Below, piece by piece: positions 28,684-39,084 of a stretch of 64,000 nucleotides of DNA. The stretch's first letter is position 1. The number at the start of each line of letters is the position of its first letter. A program made the position numbers and the translations under genes. The stretch is from Opitutia bacterium (GTDB lineage: Bacteria > Verrucomicrobiota > Verrucomicrobiia > Opitutales > Opitutaceae), in assembly GCA_947478395.1 (NCBI GenBank), contig CANJVR010000005.1:64001-128000 (forward strand), written 5' to 3'. A model generated the notes under the pieces. That model had not been told where the DNA came from and did not search any database. It saw only the letters and a program-made list of their open reading frames with translations.

Positions 28684-29352
28684 TCAGGACCCGGCGCCCG
28701 ACTGTAGGCGTTGCCGAACCCAAGCGTAAGCCTCGGCCGGAGCGGCCACCATCGCGGCGGCCCGACGCTCGATTTCCGCCGCGGGTGCGCGCCCGTGCGT
28801 GATGAGTAACGTGTCGACGCTCAGATGTGCGCCACCGATTACGTCGACATCGGCATCGCCCATAAAAAGCGTGTGCGCAGGCTCAACCGCGAGGATGCGC
28901 AAGATTTCACGCAAACCCGTGGGGTCGGGCTTGTGACTGGTGAAATCATCGCCGCACACCATCGCGGAGAAGAAATCTTCCAAGCCGTGCACCGCGAGCA
29001 ACGGCAGGGTGCTGGCTCGATCGCGCCCAGTCCAAATCGCTAGTTTCATTTGCTGGCGACGCAGTTCGTTCAGCAAATCCAAAGCGCCGGGAAACAATTG
29101 GATAAGTTCCGGATGATCGGCATGAAACTGCCGCAGGCGCACCATCGCCTCCGGCACGTGCTGCGGATCAGAGATAAGCATCGGAAAAATTTTTTCCGGC
29201 GGACCGCCGAGGGCCGCAAACGTCTCCATCGTGGGCCGGCCGCCAAACGGCTCGAGTGCATGCTGGAACGCGCGCAAAACCAACGGCAGGCTGTCGAACA
29301 GCGTGCCGTCGAGATCGAAGATCACCGCCTGAATCGGTCGCCCAGGGATCAT
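28684..29352 (-). CDS. HAD-family hydrolase (Gph-like phosphatase)
   Basis: FDLDGTL, WTGR, KPDP, MGDADVD. Confidence 0.9.
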   Translation of the reverse strand: MIPGRPIQAVIFDLDGTLFDSLPLVLRAFQHALEPFGGRPTMETFAALGGPPEKIFPMLISDPQHVPEAMVRLRQFHADHPELIQLFPGALDLLNELRRQQMKLAIWTGRDRASTLPLLAVHGLEDFFSAMVCGDDFTSHKPDPTGLREILRILAVEPAHTLFMGDADVDVIGGAHLSVDTLLITHGRAPAAEIERRAAAMVAAPAEAYAWVRQRLQSGAGS

Positions 29353-30236
29353 GGGCTGAACCCCTTGATCAGGTCGGCCCGCGGTGCCGCAATCTCATCG
29401 GCCAGCCGCCCCGGCTCGAAAATTACCGAACCCAGATCGAGATTCAACGCGGCCGCAGTCACAAGGAGACGGGTTTTGTCGTGCGTGACCTCGTTGCGGA
29501 AATCGACCGACTTCAACATCCACTGCTCGTCAATTTTCTTCAGTTCGCCCAGCGTCAGCGTGGCCAGCACCCGTCCGTCGATACCACGGCGTTCCGCCTG
29601 CATCATGGCGTTAAACTGCGTGTCGAGATAGGCGCGAACTGTGCTCGCTTCGGGATGGGCCTGCGCAAACGCCGGTGGCGATTGAAACACATAGGCGAAA
29701 GCCGGACGGCCGCGGACGCGTTCGAGGCGGGGAAGACCGGCATCCGTCCAATACAGATAAGGCATCAGCAGATCGAACGCAGAGATATCAACGCCCGGGA
29801 GGAGCGGAGCCAGCAGGCTGGCGTTACCGAGCGGGGCAGGCCGCCGGTTCACGAGCCCCCACGCCGCGGCCGTCAGACCATTCTGCAGCAACCAGCGCTG
29901 CGTCACGCCCGCCGCATCGACGAGATGCACGCGTGTGATTGCGCCCTGGTCATTATGGGAACCCCAGATTTGTCCCCGATACACTTTTTCTTCGCCCCGG
30001 CGCGGCAACGCATGCAGCTCAAACTCGAGGTAGTATTTTCCGGGGATCGCAGCTTCGCGAAATTTAGCCAGGATCTCCCGCGATTTCGCCGCGTCGGGTA
30101 GGCCGACTTGCGCCAGCTCAGGCGGTGCGGAGGCGTTGGGCGCCGCAGCCCACGAAACGCCAGCCGCGGTAGCCAGGATTATAAAGCAAAACGCCCGCCA
30201 GATTAAGGCGGGCGTCGATTCAAAAACCTTGGCCAT
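29349..30236 (-). CDS. Outer-membrane lipoprotein-sorting (LolA-like) exported protein
   Basis: Signal peptide, DISAFDL motif, beta-rich C-terminus (LKKIDEQW); family call by recollection. Confidence 0.6.
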   Translation of the reverse strand: MAKVFESTPALIWRAFCFIILATAAGVSWAAAPNASAPPELAQVGLPDAAKSREILAKFREAAIPGKYYLEFELHALPRRGEEKVYRGQIWGSHNDQGAITRVHLVDAAGVTQRWLLQNGLTAAAWGLVNRRPAPLGNASLLAPLLPGVDISAFDLLMPYLYWTDAGLPRLERVRGRPAFAYVFQSPPAFAQAHPEASTVRAYLDTQFNAMMQAERRGIDGRVLATLTLGELKKIDEQWMLKSVDFRNEVTHDKTRLLVTAAALNLDLGSVIFEPGRLADEIAAPRADLIKGFSP

Positions 30237-30239
30237 GGA

Positions 30240-30665
30240 TTATTTCTTCGGCGCGGGCGCTTCGCTCGACGGCGCGGGCGCGGCGGCTGAAGTTGGAGCC
30301 GCCGTGGCAGGAGCGACCGGCACGGTCATGGGCATGACCGGTATCGCGGTGACGGGAGCCGGCGCGGCGACGGGCACGTTGATCGTCGGCAGCGCGTTGT
30401 TGGAATTTACGCTCGCGTGTTTGCGTTCGTAGATGCGTCCGAGATAGAGCGCGAAGGCGAGGACGAAGAAGGCGACAGCACCATTGATGGTCGCTTTCGA
30501 AAGGACGTTGCCGGTATCCGCGCCGAACGCGGCTTCGGCCATGCCGCCGCCCATGGCCGCGCCCATGCCGCCGTCGGATTTGGCCTTCTGGGCCAGCACC
30601 ACCAGAATGAGAAACAGGGAAACGAGGATGAGGATGAACGTAAGAATACCGAGGACGATGCTCAT
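30240..30665 (-). CDS. secG: Preprotein translocase subunit SecG
   Basis: LILVVLAQKAKSDGGMGAAMGGG...FG...LSKAT; Pro/Ala-rich tail. Confidence 0.92.
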   Translation of the reverse strand: MSIVLGILTFILILVSLFLILVVLAQKAKSDGGMGAAMGGGMAEAAFGADTGNVLSKATINGAVAFFVLAFALYLGRIYERKHASVNSNNALPTINVPVAAPAPVTAIPVMPMTVPVAPATAAPTSAAAPAPSSEAPAPKK

Positions 30666-30810
30666 GGGAAAGGAAGAGTGAATTCGGCGAACGGGGGTTT
30701 TGTCAATGGCGGGCTTGGAGGGCCTGTCACACCCGTCGGTGCGCACCACCCCGCAGAAGTAGCGCGAGGCCTTGGCCCGCGGGCCGCAGCGGCGCGCTAC
30801 GGGAGAGAGC

Positions 30811-31761
30811 TCACGATTCCACGCCCAGCTTTTCGAGGAGACGCTGCAGGTCGTCGTTGCCGCGGTACTCGATCACGATGCGCCCCTTCTTGGGCGTGTG
30901 CAGCACCGCGACCCGGGCGCCCAGATGCGAGGTCAGTTTCTTCTCGATCCCCGCGACGGCGACCGCGTCCTGTGCGGGCAGTTTGCGCGCACGCGCGATC
31001 GGGAGCTTGGAGTTGCCCGTCGCCTTCGCGGTGTGCACGAGCTTCTCCGTCGCGCGGACGCTGAGGCCGTCCTCGATCACGCGGCGAACGAGGACCGTGC
31101 GCTGGGCCGGATCTTCGACGCCGAGCAAAACCTTGGCGTGGCCAACGCTGAGGAGACTTTTGGCGATGTAGCCCTGAATATCGGCGTCGAGCGACAGGAG
31201 CCGGAGCGAATTCGCCACGGAAGCGCGCCCCTTCCCCACCCGTTCAGCGGCGGTTTCCTGGGTGAGGTCAAAATCACGGATCAAGCTGGCGTAACCGTGG
31301 GCCTCCTCGATCGCGTTGAGCCCTTCGCGCTGCAGATTCTCGATCAGACCAAGCGCGGCCGCGGAGGCGTTACTCGCCTCGACGAGACGCGCCGGGATGG
31401 CCTTGATTTTGAGTTTTTGGAACGCACGCCAGCGGCGTTCGCCGGCGATGAGCTCAAATTTTTCACCGTGTTTGCGCACGACGATGGGCTGGAGCAGACC
31501 TTCCGCCCGGATGCTCTCGGCTAGCTCGTTGAGTTGTTCGATCGGAATCTCACGACGGGCCTGATACGGACTGGGCACGATCAGATGTACGGCAATTTCG
31601 TGGTAACCGGGCGCTCCGTTGGCGGCGACGGCCACTGGCGTCGTCGACGCGGGCGCAGCCGTAGCCGCGAGGGGCGAAGGTGCAGTAGGAGCAGCAGGTT
31701 TGGCGGCGGCAATGAGACCTCCGAGGCCACGACCGAGACGGGATTTGGGGGCAGCAGACAT
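30811..31761 (-). CDS. parB: ParB/Spo0J partition protein
   Basis: LGRGLGGL, PYQAR, GLLQPIVVR, IAGERRWRA, IENLQRE. Confidence 0.94.
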   Translation of the reverse strand: MSAAPKSRLGRGLGGLIAAAKPAAPTAPSPLAATAAPASTTPVAVAANGAPGYHEIAVHLIVPSPYQARREIPIEQLNELAESIRAEGLLQPIVVRKHGEKFELIAGERRWRAFQKLKIKAIPARLVEASNASAAALGLIENLQREGLNAIEEAHGYASLIRDFDLTQETAAERVGKGRASVANSLRLLSLDADIQGYIAKSLLSVGHAKVLLGVEDPAQRTVLVRRVIEDGLSVRATEKLVHTAKATGNSKLPIARARKLPAQDAVAVAGIEKKLTSHLGARVAVLHTPKKGRIVIEYRGNDDLQRLLEKLGVES

Positions 31762-31762
31762 T

Positions 31763-32365
31763 TTATTTGGCAGCAGGAGTCGGAGCAGAGACAGGGACGA
31801 TGAGGGTTTGGCCGGGCTGGATCCGCGAGGGATCGGAAATCTTGTTGGCGTTGATGATGTCCGCCTGTTTCGCGCCGGTCTTCTTGGCGATCAAGGCGAG
31901 CGAGTCACCTTTTTGCACTGTGTAACTGACGCTATCCTTGGGAAAATCATTGGTGAATGTCGGGGCCGCAGCGGGAACCGTCGGGCGGGTGGCTTGGACC
32001 TTGGCGAGGGAGTCGAGTGCGACGTTGGTCGCGTTCGCGAGCTTTTCCATCTGCACGCCGACTTGCTGCAACGTCTCGGTCTTCGAGCTGGCGATCGCGG
32101 ACTTCAGGTTGCGATTCAGATCCGCGATGGCCTCGTTGAGCTGGAAGACCGTGGCAAAATTTCTTTCGACCGACCCGGCCTTGCCGCGCAGCTCGTGGTT
32201 TTCGCGTTCGAGTTGTTCCACTTTGAGCGAAAGCGCCCCGAGGCGCTGCGAAAGATCGCGGACATCTTCCCGCAGGTTCGCCAGATCGGCCTGAGGGAAT
32301 GCGGGGGAAACGAGACCAAAAACGACTAAAACGCCGGCAAGCCGGCGGTACGAAAACAAGCGCAT
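31763..32365 (-). CDS. Coiled-coil plus LysM exported protein
   Basis: Signal peptide, coiled coil, YTVQKGDSLALIA...IQPGQTLIVP. Confidence 0.88.
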   Translation of the reverse strand: MRLFSYRRLAGVLVVFGLVSPAFPQADLANLREDVRDLSQRLGALSLKVEQLERENHELRGKAGSVERNFATVFQLNEAIADLNRNLKSAIASSKTETLQQVGVQMEKLANATNVALDSLAKVQATRPTVPAAAPTFTNDFPKDSVSYTVQKGDSLALIAKKTGAKQADIINANKISDPSRIQPGQTLIVPVSAPTPAAK

Positions 32366-32486
32366 GGGCCTAAGCTTGGAAAATGCGGGCACGAAAACAA
32401 GCGGCTTGTGCGGCCGGTCGATCGGTTCGAGCGAATACGTAGAGATTTGAGTTTTAGGCGGCGAAAATTCCTTCCACGCTCCCCGC

Positions 32487-33077
32487 ATGAACTACCCCTC
32501 GTTCGCCCGCTTCTTTGCCGTCGCTTGTGCATTGGCTGTCCGGTTAAGCGCCCAGAGTTTCACGCCGGAACCCGGATTCACCGCGCTTTTCAACGGCCGG
32601 GATCTCACCGGCTGGCACCATAAGGATCCCGCCACCTTCGTCGACGGTCCGGCGCTCGATGGCAAAAACGATCCGGGCGACGGACGTTACTCGATCAAGG
32701 ACGGCGCGCTCGTGGGCAACGATCAGAAGGCGGAAAAGGGCCGCGTGCTTCTGTGGACGACAAAAGAATTTAAGGGCAATTTTGTCGTGCGCTTTGAATT
32801 TAAGGCCGCCGAGAAAACCGACGGCGGGCTTTTCTTCAACAAGACCCAGCTCCAATGCGGCGACTACAGCAGCTACGCCTACAAAAACTGCAAAGCCTAC
32901 CGCCCGCTCGACTGGAACGCGATCGAGGTGACCGTCCAGGACGGCGTCGCCCGCGCCACGTGCAACGGCGAGCTGCTCACCGATTCCCTGAAAATCGTCG
33001 AGCCGGGCCAGCTCGGTTTCGAAAGCGATAAAGGTGCGATCAGTTATCGCAGCCTCCGGTTCAAAACACTGCCATAG
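32487..33077 (+). CDS. DUF1080 (3-keto-disaccharide hydrolase-like) protein
   Basis: GFTALFNGRDLTGW, DWNAIEV, ISYRSLRFK. Confidence 0.88.
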   Translation: MNYPSFARFFAVACALAVRLSAQSFTPEPGFTALFNGRDLTGWHHKDPATFVDGPALDGKNDPGDGRYSIKDGALVGNDQKAEKGRVLLWTTKEFKGNFVVRFEFKAAEKTDGGLFFNKTQLQCGDYSSYAYKNCKAYRPLDWNAIEVTVQDGVARATCNGELLTDSLKIVEPGQLGFESDKGAISYRSLRFKTLP

Positions 33078-33359
33078 GCGAGCGCTGCGACCCGACGATC
33101 CCGCCGGAGCCATATAATAGAGCGCATCTAAAACTTATGTTTTCAACGTAGCAGAGGCCGTGGGGTTTACCCGCCACTGGCGGCGCCAGAGACAACCATG
33201 CTTTCGGAGGATCTCCTCCGAACCGCCCCCTGTTCCGCTAGCCTAGAATTCTGATGCGGGGCTTTTGAAACTCCCTTCAACAATTCGTCGCTCCAGACTT
33301 GGCGTCGAGCAGGCGTTCGCCATGTTGGCCTCCTTAAAGTTTCTTTTCATTCCTCTATT

Positions 33360-34742
33360 ATGAAACGTTTACCCCTGTACCTGTTCTCCGCGCTTCTCGC
33401 CTCTCACGGACTCCGCGCCGTCGATAGCCCGCCGGCTCCGACCAAAGTCGACGGCTACACTTTCGTTAAAACCGTCGGCGATCTTTCCGAGTACACCCTC
33501 GATTCCAACGGGCTCAGCGTGTTGCTCATGCCCGAGCACTCGAGTCCTACGCTCACCTTCATGGTGACGTATCGCGTCGGCTCGAAAAACGAAGTCACCG
33601 GCACGACCGGATCGACCCACCTCCTCGAGCATCTGATGTTCAAGGGGACCGAGAAATTTCTTCGCTCCAAAAACACCGGGGTCGATCAGCTCTTGGAAAA
33701 AACCGGCGCGCAATACAACGCCACAACGTGGCTCGATCGCACCAATTACTACGAAAACATGGGCAGCGAACACCTCGCGCTCGCCGTTGAAATGGAGGCC
33801 GATCGCATGCGCCACCTCCTGCTCCTCGACACCGACCGCCAGCCCGAGATGACCGTCGTGCGCAACGAATTCGAACGCGGCGAAAATTCGCCGTTCCAAG
33901 CGCTCATCAAGGAAATCTTCCAGGCCGGCTTTGTCGCCCATCCGTACCACCATTCCACCATCGGCTGGCGCAGCGACATCGAGAAAGTCTCCATCGAGAA
34001 ACTCCGCGAATTCTACGATACGTTTTACTGGCCGGACAACGCCACCGTGTCGGTCATCGGCGACTTTCAGCCGGCCGACGCCCTCGGCCTGATCAAAAAA
34101 TTCTACGGCGTCTATCCCCGCGCACCGAAACCGATCCCGACGGTCTACACCGAGGAGCCCGAACAGACCGGTGCGCGTCGCGTCATCGTTAAACGCGCCG
34201 GCCAGCTGGGCGTGGTGGCCATCGGTCACAAGATTCCCGCCGCCACGCACCGCGACTACGCCGCGTATGCCATGCTCAGCGCCATTCTCGCCGACGGAAA
34301 AAACAGCCGCCTCTACAAGGCGATCACCGACAAAAATCTTTCGACCGGAGTGCAGTCGTTCGCCGGTTTCAACCACGACACCTCGATGCACATCATCTTC
34401 GTGCCGCTCGCTCCCGGCGCACTGCACGATCAAGTGGAAAAAATCGCGCTCGAGGAAATTGACCGTCTGAAAAAGGACGGTGTGACGGAAGCCGAGCTGC
34501 AGGCCGCGATCGCCAAGACCCTCGCCGACGCCGCCTTTCAACGCGACGGCTCCTTCGCCATCGCCGGCAATCTGAACGAGTGCATCGCCGCTGGCGATTG
34601 GTCGCTCTTCTACAATCTCGAAGTCGCCACGAAGAAGGTCACCGCCGCCGACGTGAAGCGCGTCGCCAACGAATTCATGAACGTCGACCAGAGCACAACC
34701 GGTTGGTTCGTTCCCACTCAGCCCGGCGCGCCCAAGAAATAA
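33360..34742 (+). CDS. M16B peptidase, catalytic subunit
   Basis: HLLEHLMFKGT, NATTWLDRTNY, HPYHHSTIGW. Confidence 0.92.
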   Translation: MKRLPLYLFSALLASHGLRAVDSPPAPTKVDGYTFVKTVGDLSEYTLDSNGLSVLLMPEHSSPTLTFMVTYRVGSKNEVTGTTGSTHLLEHLMFKGTEKFLRSKNTGVDQLLEKTGAQYNATTWLDRTNYYENMGSEHLALAVEMEADRMRHLLLLDTDRQPEMTVVRNEFERGENSPFQALIKEIFQAGFVAHPYHHSTIGWRSDIEKVSIEKLREFYDTFYWPDNATVSVIGDFQPADALGLIKKFYGVYPRAPKPIPTVYTEEPEQTGARRVIVKRAGQLGVVAIGHKIPAATHRDYAAYAMLSAILADGKNSRLYKAITDKNLSTGVQSFAGFNHDTSMHIIFVPLAPGALHDQVEKIALEEIDRLKKDGVTEAELQAAIAKTLADAAFQRDGSFAIAGNLNECIAAGDWSLFYNLEVATKKVTAADVKRVANEFMNVDQSTTGWFVPTQPGAPKK

Positions 34743-34763
34743 TTTTCAAATTCAATTCTCCCG

Positions 34764-36140
34764 ATGAAAACCGTTTTCCGCCTCTGCCTCCTCGCCGTCT
34801 GCTCCGCCGCGATTCTTTCCGCCCAACCCCAAACTCAAAATCTAAAACCCGGAACCGGCGCGAGCGGCATCGCCGCCCGCGCGATTCGCACGAAGATCGC
34901 CGGCCTCGACGTCATCGCCTACCCGACCGGCGTGAAAGAAGTCGTCACCATCAAGGCCTCGCTGCCGGCCGGCGACGCGTTCGCCGGCGAAGGCAATGTC
35001 GCCATCCCTACCCTCACGAGCATGCTGCTCGATCAGGGCACGACGAAACAGGACAAGTTCGCCATCGCGGAAAAACTCGAATCCGTCGGCGCAACGATCG
35101 ACTTCACCGTCGGCACCCAGATGGCCGAAATCAGCGCCAAGTGCCTCAAGAAGGACGTCGCCCTGGTCATTGGACTCATCGCCGAACAACTCCGGACCCC
35201 CGCGCTGACGGCCGAGGAATTCGACAAGGCCAAGAAACAATTCATCGGGGGACTGCAACGCCAGTTGGAGGACACGAACTTCCGCGCGACCGATGCTTTC
35301 ACGCGGGCCGTCTATCCGCTCGGCCATCCCAACCACAACCCGTCTCCCGCTGAGTACGTTGCCGCCGCCGAGAGCGCGAAGCTCGAAGACGTGGTCGCCT
35401 TCCATAAGAAATATTATGGCCCCGCACATTGTACGGTCGTCGTCGTCGGCGACCTCGACATCCCGCAAATCCAAAGCGAACTGGGCAAGGCATTCGCCGG
35501 CTGGACGGGAGGCGTCGCTCTCATTCGCCCCGCCAAGGCGACCACGACGGACGCGTCACGCGATCAGAATGTTTTCATGCCGGAAAAAACCAGCGTCACG
35601 GTGGTCATGGGCCAAACCAGCGGCCTGCGCTACAGCGATCCCGATTATCAAGCGCTACGTGTTGCCACCGCCATTCTAGGCAGCGGCTTTACGGGTCGCC
35701 TGATGGCGAACGTCCGCGACAAGGAAGGTCTCACCTACGGCATCAGTTCGAGTCTCGCGCATGATACGTTCAGCGACGGCGATTGGAAAATTCAGGCCAC
35801 ATTTTCCCCTGCTCTCATGGAGAAAGGCATCGCATCGACCAAGCGTCAGCTCACGAGCTGGTATGAAACCGGAGTCACGAGCGATGAAGTGGAACGCCGC
35901 AAAAGCAATCTGGTGGGCAGTTTCAAAGTCGGCCTCGCCACGACCGACGGGCTCGCCGGCGCGATGCTCAGCGCAGTCCATCGCGGCTACGATGTAAGCT
36001 GGCTCGACGAATATCCCGGGAAGGTCAACGCCCTCACCACCGACCAGGTAAACGGCGCCATCAAAAAATATCTGAAGCCGGAAAATTTCTACGTAGTCAA
36101 AGCCGGCACCGTGCCCGGCGGCGCGCCCGCAACGAAGTGA
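34764..36140 (+). CDS. M16B peptidase, non-catalytic partner subunit
   Basis: No HxxEH; RLMANVRDKEGLTY motif; adjacent to the catalytic subunit. Confidence 0.88.
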   Translation: MKTVFRLCLLAVCSAAILSAQPQTQNLKPGTGASGIAARAIRTKIAGLDVIAYPTGVKEVVTIKASLPAGDAFAGEGNVAIPTLTSMLLDQGTTKQDKFAIAEKLESVGATIDFTVGTQMAEISAKCLKKDVALVIGLIAEQLRTPALTAEEFDKAKKQFIGGLQRQLEDTNFRATDAFTRAVYPLGHPNHNPSPAEYVAAAESAKLEDVVAFHKKYYGPAHCTVVVVGDLDIPQIQSELGKAFAGWTGGVALIRPAKATTTDASRDQNVFMPEKTSVTVVMGQTSGLRYSDPDYQALRVATAILGSGFTGRLMANVRDKEGLTYGISSSLAHDTFSDGDWKIQATFSPALMEKGIASTKRQLTSWYETGVTSDEVERRKSNLVGSFKVGLATTDGLAGAMLSAVHRGYDVSWLDEYPGKVNALTTDQVNGAIKKYLKPENFYVVKAGTVPGGAPATK

Positions 36141-36651
36141 TCGTGTAAGGCCGGAGACCGGAGCCAACGGAATTTTAGCCCCCAAAAGGCCCAAAAAATC
36201 CGTCGGCTTCGGCGAACCGCCAATACGCCTAAGGGCGCGCGGTGATCAGGGGCCTAGGGCGCAAATAGTTTTGAGCCTCGGCGTGGCGAATGCTCCGAGG
36301 TTTGAATTCACGTCGGCGATTCCAAGCCCAACTCCCGCCATTCGATTTTGGCGCAGCGCGTTGTCGCGCCAAACGGGCACGGTCGCGTGCAGCTCCTGCT
36401 CCCGGGCGCGGGTCTCGACGACGAAACTTGATCGACCAGACCGAACGCGCGCATTCAACGGGGCGATTTCTTCTCCTTCATCATTGGCTCAAAAGCACGC
36501 GCCGGCAGAGCCCTTTCCATCAGACCTGGAACCGCCTCAGCACTTCGTGCGCCGCACCGAGCCTGCGCCGGGACAGGCCGTGCTCGATTGGCAAACGCTG
36601 ACCAACCATCCCGAGTTGCACTGAATTCGAATCCCGCCGAGCGAGCACAAC

Positions 36652-37974
36652 TTACACCCGGCCCACCACCAACGACGCGTTGGTGCCGCCGAAGCCAAAA
36701 CTGTTCGCCAGCGCGTAATTCACCGGCTTGGACACCGCCACGTTCGCGGTGAAGTTCAGCCCGAGCGCGGCACACGTCGGATCAATTTTTTCCAAATTGA
36801 TCGTCGGCGGAATCACGCCGTGGTGCACCGCCAGCGTGGCGGCCAGCGCTCCGAGCGCCCCCGCGCCACCGAGCAAGTGACCCGTCATCGATTTCACGCC
36901 GCTCACGTGCAGCGCGGATTTGTTTGTGGCGAAAACGGCCGCGATCGCCGCCGCCTCCTCGCCGTCGCCGCCAGGAGTCGAGGTCGCGTGCGCAGAAACA
37001 TAATCCACTTTCGCGGGAGAAACCCCGGCGTCCGCCAATGCCTGCACCATTGCCCGCCGCGAGCCTTCCGCTTCGGGCGCCAGCGCCGACAAATGATACG
37101 CATCGCCGGAGGCCGCGTAACCGCTGAGCTCGGCATAAATCCGGGCGCCACGAGCCTTCGCGTGCTCGTATTCTTCCAATACAAACGCCACCGCGCCCTC
37201 GCCAATCACGAAGCCGTCGCGATCCACATCGTAGGGCCGCGAGGCCTTTTCGGGCGCATCGTTGCGCGTCGAAAGCGCACGCATCTGCGCAAACGCGCCG
37301 ACCGAAAGCGGGCTGATCGCCGCCTCGGAACCGCCCGCGATCATCACGTCGGCCTCGCCGCGCTGGATGACGCGCAAGGATTCGCCGAGCGAATGCCCGC
37401 TGGTCGCGCAGGCCGCGGTGTTGCTCATGTTAGGCCCCCGCGCGTCGAGTAGGATGGCGAGTTGTCCCGACAGAATATTCGGCGCGACCTGCAAAATAAA
37501 AAACGGGGAAATCTTGCGAAAACCGCCCGTCTTCCAGGTGTCGTGCATCGCCTCGATTTCCGGCAGGCCGCCGAGGCCCACGCCCATGTTGATGGCCAGC
37601 CGCTCCGCGGGCATCGTCGCCCGCACGGCATCGAGACCAGAATCGACGTACGCTTCGAGTCCCGCGCCCAAACCGAGATGAGTGAAGCGACCTAGTTTTT
37701 TTACTTCCTTCGGTGAGAGCGCCGCCGTCACCGGCTCGCCCGCCGCGCCGCGGGGATGAACCGGAGTCGCGATCGGTTTTGTCGGATCAAAATTCTTCAC
37801 CTCGCCCGCGATTTGGGCCGTGCACGCGGTGGCGTCGAAACGCGTGATCCGGCCAATCCCGCTCCGCCCCGCCGTCAGAGCAGCCCACGTGTCCGCCACG
37901 GAATTTCCCACCGGCGTCACCGCGCCCAATCCCGTGATCACCACCCGACGACGATTTTGCTGTGTTGTACTCAT
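36652..37974 (-). CDS. fabF: 3-oxoacyl-ACP synthase II
   Basis: RRVVITGLGAVTP, TAACATS, SAHATST, KSMTGHLLG, NSFGFGGTN. Confidence 0.92.
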   Translation of the reverse strand: MSTTQQNRRRVVITGLGAVTPVGNSVADTWAALTAGRSGIGRITRFDATACTAQIAGEVKNFDPTKPIATPVHPRGAAGEPVTAALSPKEVKKLGRFTHLGLGAGLEAYVDSGLDAVRATMPAERLAINMGVGLGGLPEIEAMHDTWKTGGFRKISPFFILQVAPNILSGQLAILLDARGPNMSNTAACATSGHSLGESLRVIQRGEADVMIAGGSEAAISPLSVGAFAQMRALSTRNDAPEKASRPYDVDRDGFVIGEGAVAFVLEEYEHAKARGARIYAELSGYAASGDAYHLSALAPEAEGSRRAMVQALADAGVSPAKVDYVSAHATSTPGGDGEEAAAIAAVFATNKSALHVSGVKSMTGHLLGGAGALGALAATLAVHHGVIPPTINLEKIDPTCAALGLNFTANVAVSKPVNYALANSFGFGGTNASLVVGRV

Positions 37975-38004
37975 AAAATTTGCCCGCGCGGTCACGCCGC
38001 TCCG

Positions 38005-38098
38005 AGGTAGGGCGCGTTATCCTTAACGCGCCGGTTACGCTCAGCTTTTCCCGTGAACTCGAATCGCTGCGGCGGGTTAAGGATAACCCGCCCTACCT
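38005..38098. repeat. GTAG REP doublet, family B (best-preserved copy)
   Basis: GTAGGGCGCGTTATCCTTAACGCGCC ... GGCGGGTTAAGGATAACCCGCCCTAC. Confidence 0.8.
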
Positions 38099-38125
38099 TC
38101 GAATCAGTTGCTCGCGGCATCGCTT

Positions 38126-38710
38126 TCACCGGCAGAACTCCTCCCGCAACATGCGCCGGGCCGAACTCAGCAGCGCATCGCTCCGCGCCGGCGTATCGGC
38201 CGCACGCGCAAACAGCAGCGCGCCCACGAGCGAACTCATCAAATGGGTCACGAGATCGCGGTTCTTCTCCGGGTCGCGGGCGAGCCGCAGCGCCGCGCAC
38301 AAGCGATCGAGATGGCGCGCAAATCCTTTCGCGTAACCGGAGCGACCCGCACTATCGAGCCGCGCCATATCCGCGCCTACCGTCACCACGAGACAGCCCG
38401 AGCCGCGATTGTCGCGATGCCGCGCCGAAAGATAGCTATCAATCAACAGCCGCGCCCGCTTAGCGCCCGTGGGGCGCGCCGCGATCCGGTCGAGATTCTC
38501 GACCGCGGCGTCGAAGGCATCGGCACATGCCTCCGCGACCAGTTCGGCCTTGTCGCTGAAGTGCGCGTAAAATCCGCCATGCGTCAGTCCTGCCCGCCGC
38601 ATCACCTCGTCCACGCCGGTCCCCTCGACCCCCCGCTCGCGAAACGCCGCGCTCGCCGCCGCGACGATGCGGTGACGGGTGATGCGTTTATGATCGGGCG
38701 CGTAACGCAT
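38126..38710 (-). CDS. TetR/AcrR-family regulator
   Basis: AFRERGVEGTGVDEVMRRAGLTHGGFYAHFSDKAEL. Confidence 0.93.
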   Translation of the reverse strand: MRYAPDHKRITRHRIVAAASAAFRERGVEGTGVDEVMRRAGLTHGGFYAHFSDKAELVAEACADAFDAAVENLDRIAARPTGAKRARLLIDSYLSARHRDNRGSGCLVVTVGADMARLDSAGRSGYAKGFARHLDRLCAALRLARDPEKNRDLVTHLMSSLVGALLFARAADTPARSDALLSSARRMLREEFCR

Positions 38711-38733
38711 GGATTGAGGCGATCAACGTTGGC

Positions 38734-38747
38734 ATGACGCTCGTCAT
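38734..38747. promoter_or_regulatory. Candidate TetR operator
   Basis: Perfect palindrome ATGACG-CT-CGTCAT 23 bp upstream of the tetR start. Confidence 0.6.
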
Positions 38748-38871
38748 ATCAACCCAAAAGGTAGGGTGATTATCAAATCGCAGTCTCAGCGTAGCGGAAG
38801 CCGTGCGGCATTCTAAAGTCTCTCGCGCCACGCCGGCGCGTTCCGCCGCGCGAAATTCGATTCGAGGCTTT

Positions 38872-39012
38872 TAGATCGGTTAAACCAAAAACGTAGCCGC
38901 TAAATACGTAGACGCAGGCGTCCCTGACGGCCGAAACGTAGCCGCCGAATGCGGCAGGCAGAGACGCCTGCCGCTACACCATACCGCCAAGGAAAAAACT
39001 TAAACCGCTCTA
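38872..39012. mobile_element. MITE-like repeat, copy 3
   Basis: TAGATCGG ... GTAGACGCAGGCGTCC ... GACGCCTGCCGCTAC ... CCGCTCTA. Confidence 0.7.
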
Positions 39013-39084
39013 CACGCCATCGCCGCGCAGAGACGTCGCCTCGGCTTTGACATCCCGCGCTGCGCCCGCTTTCCTCCGGCACCT

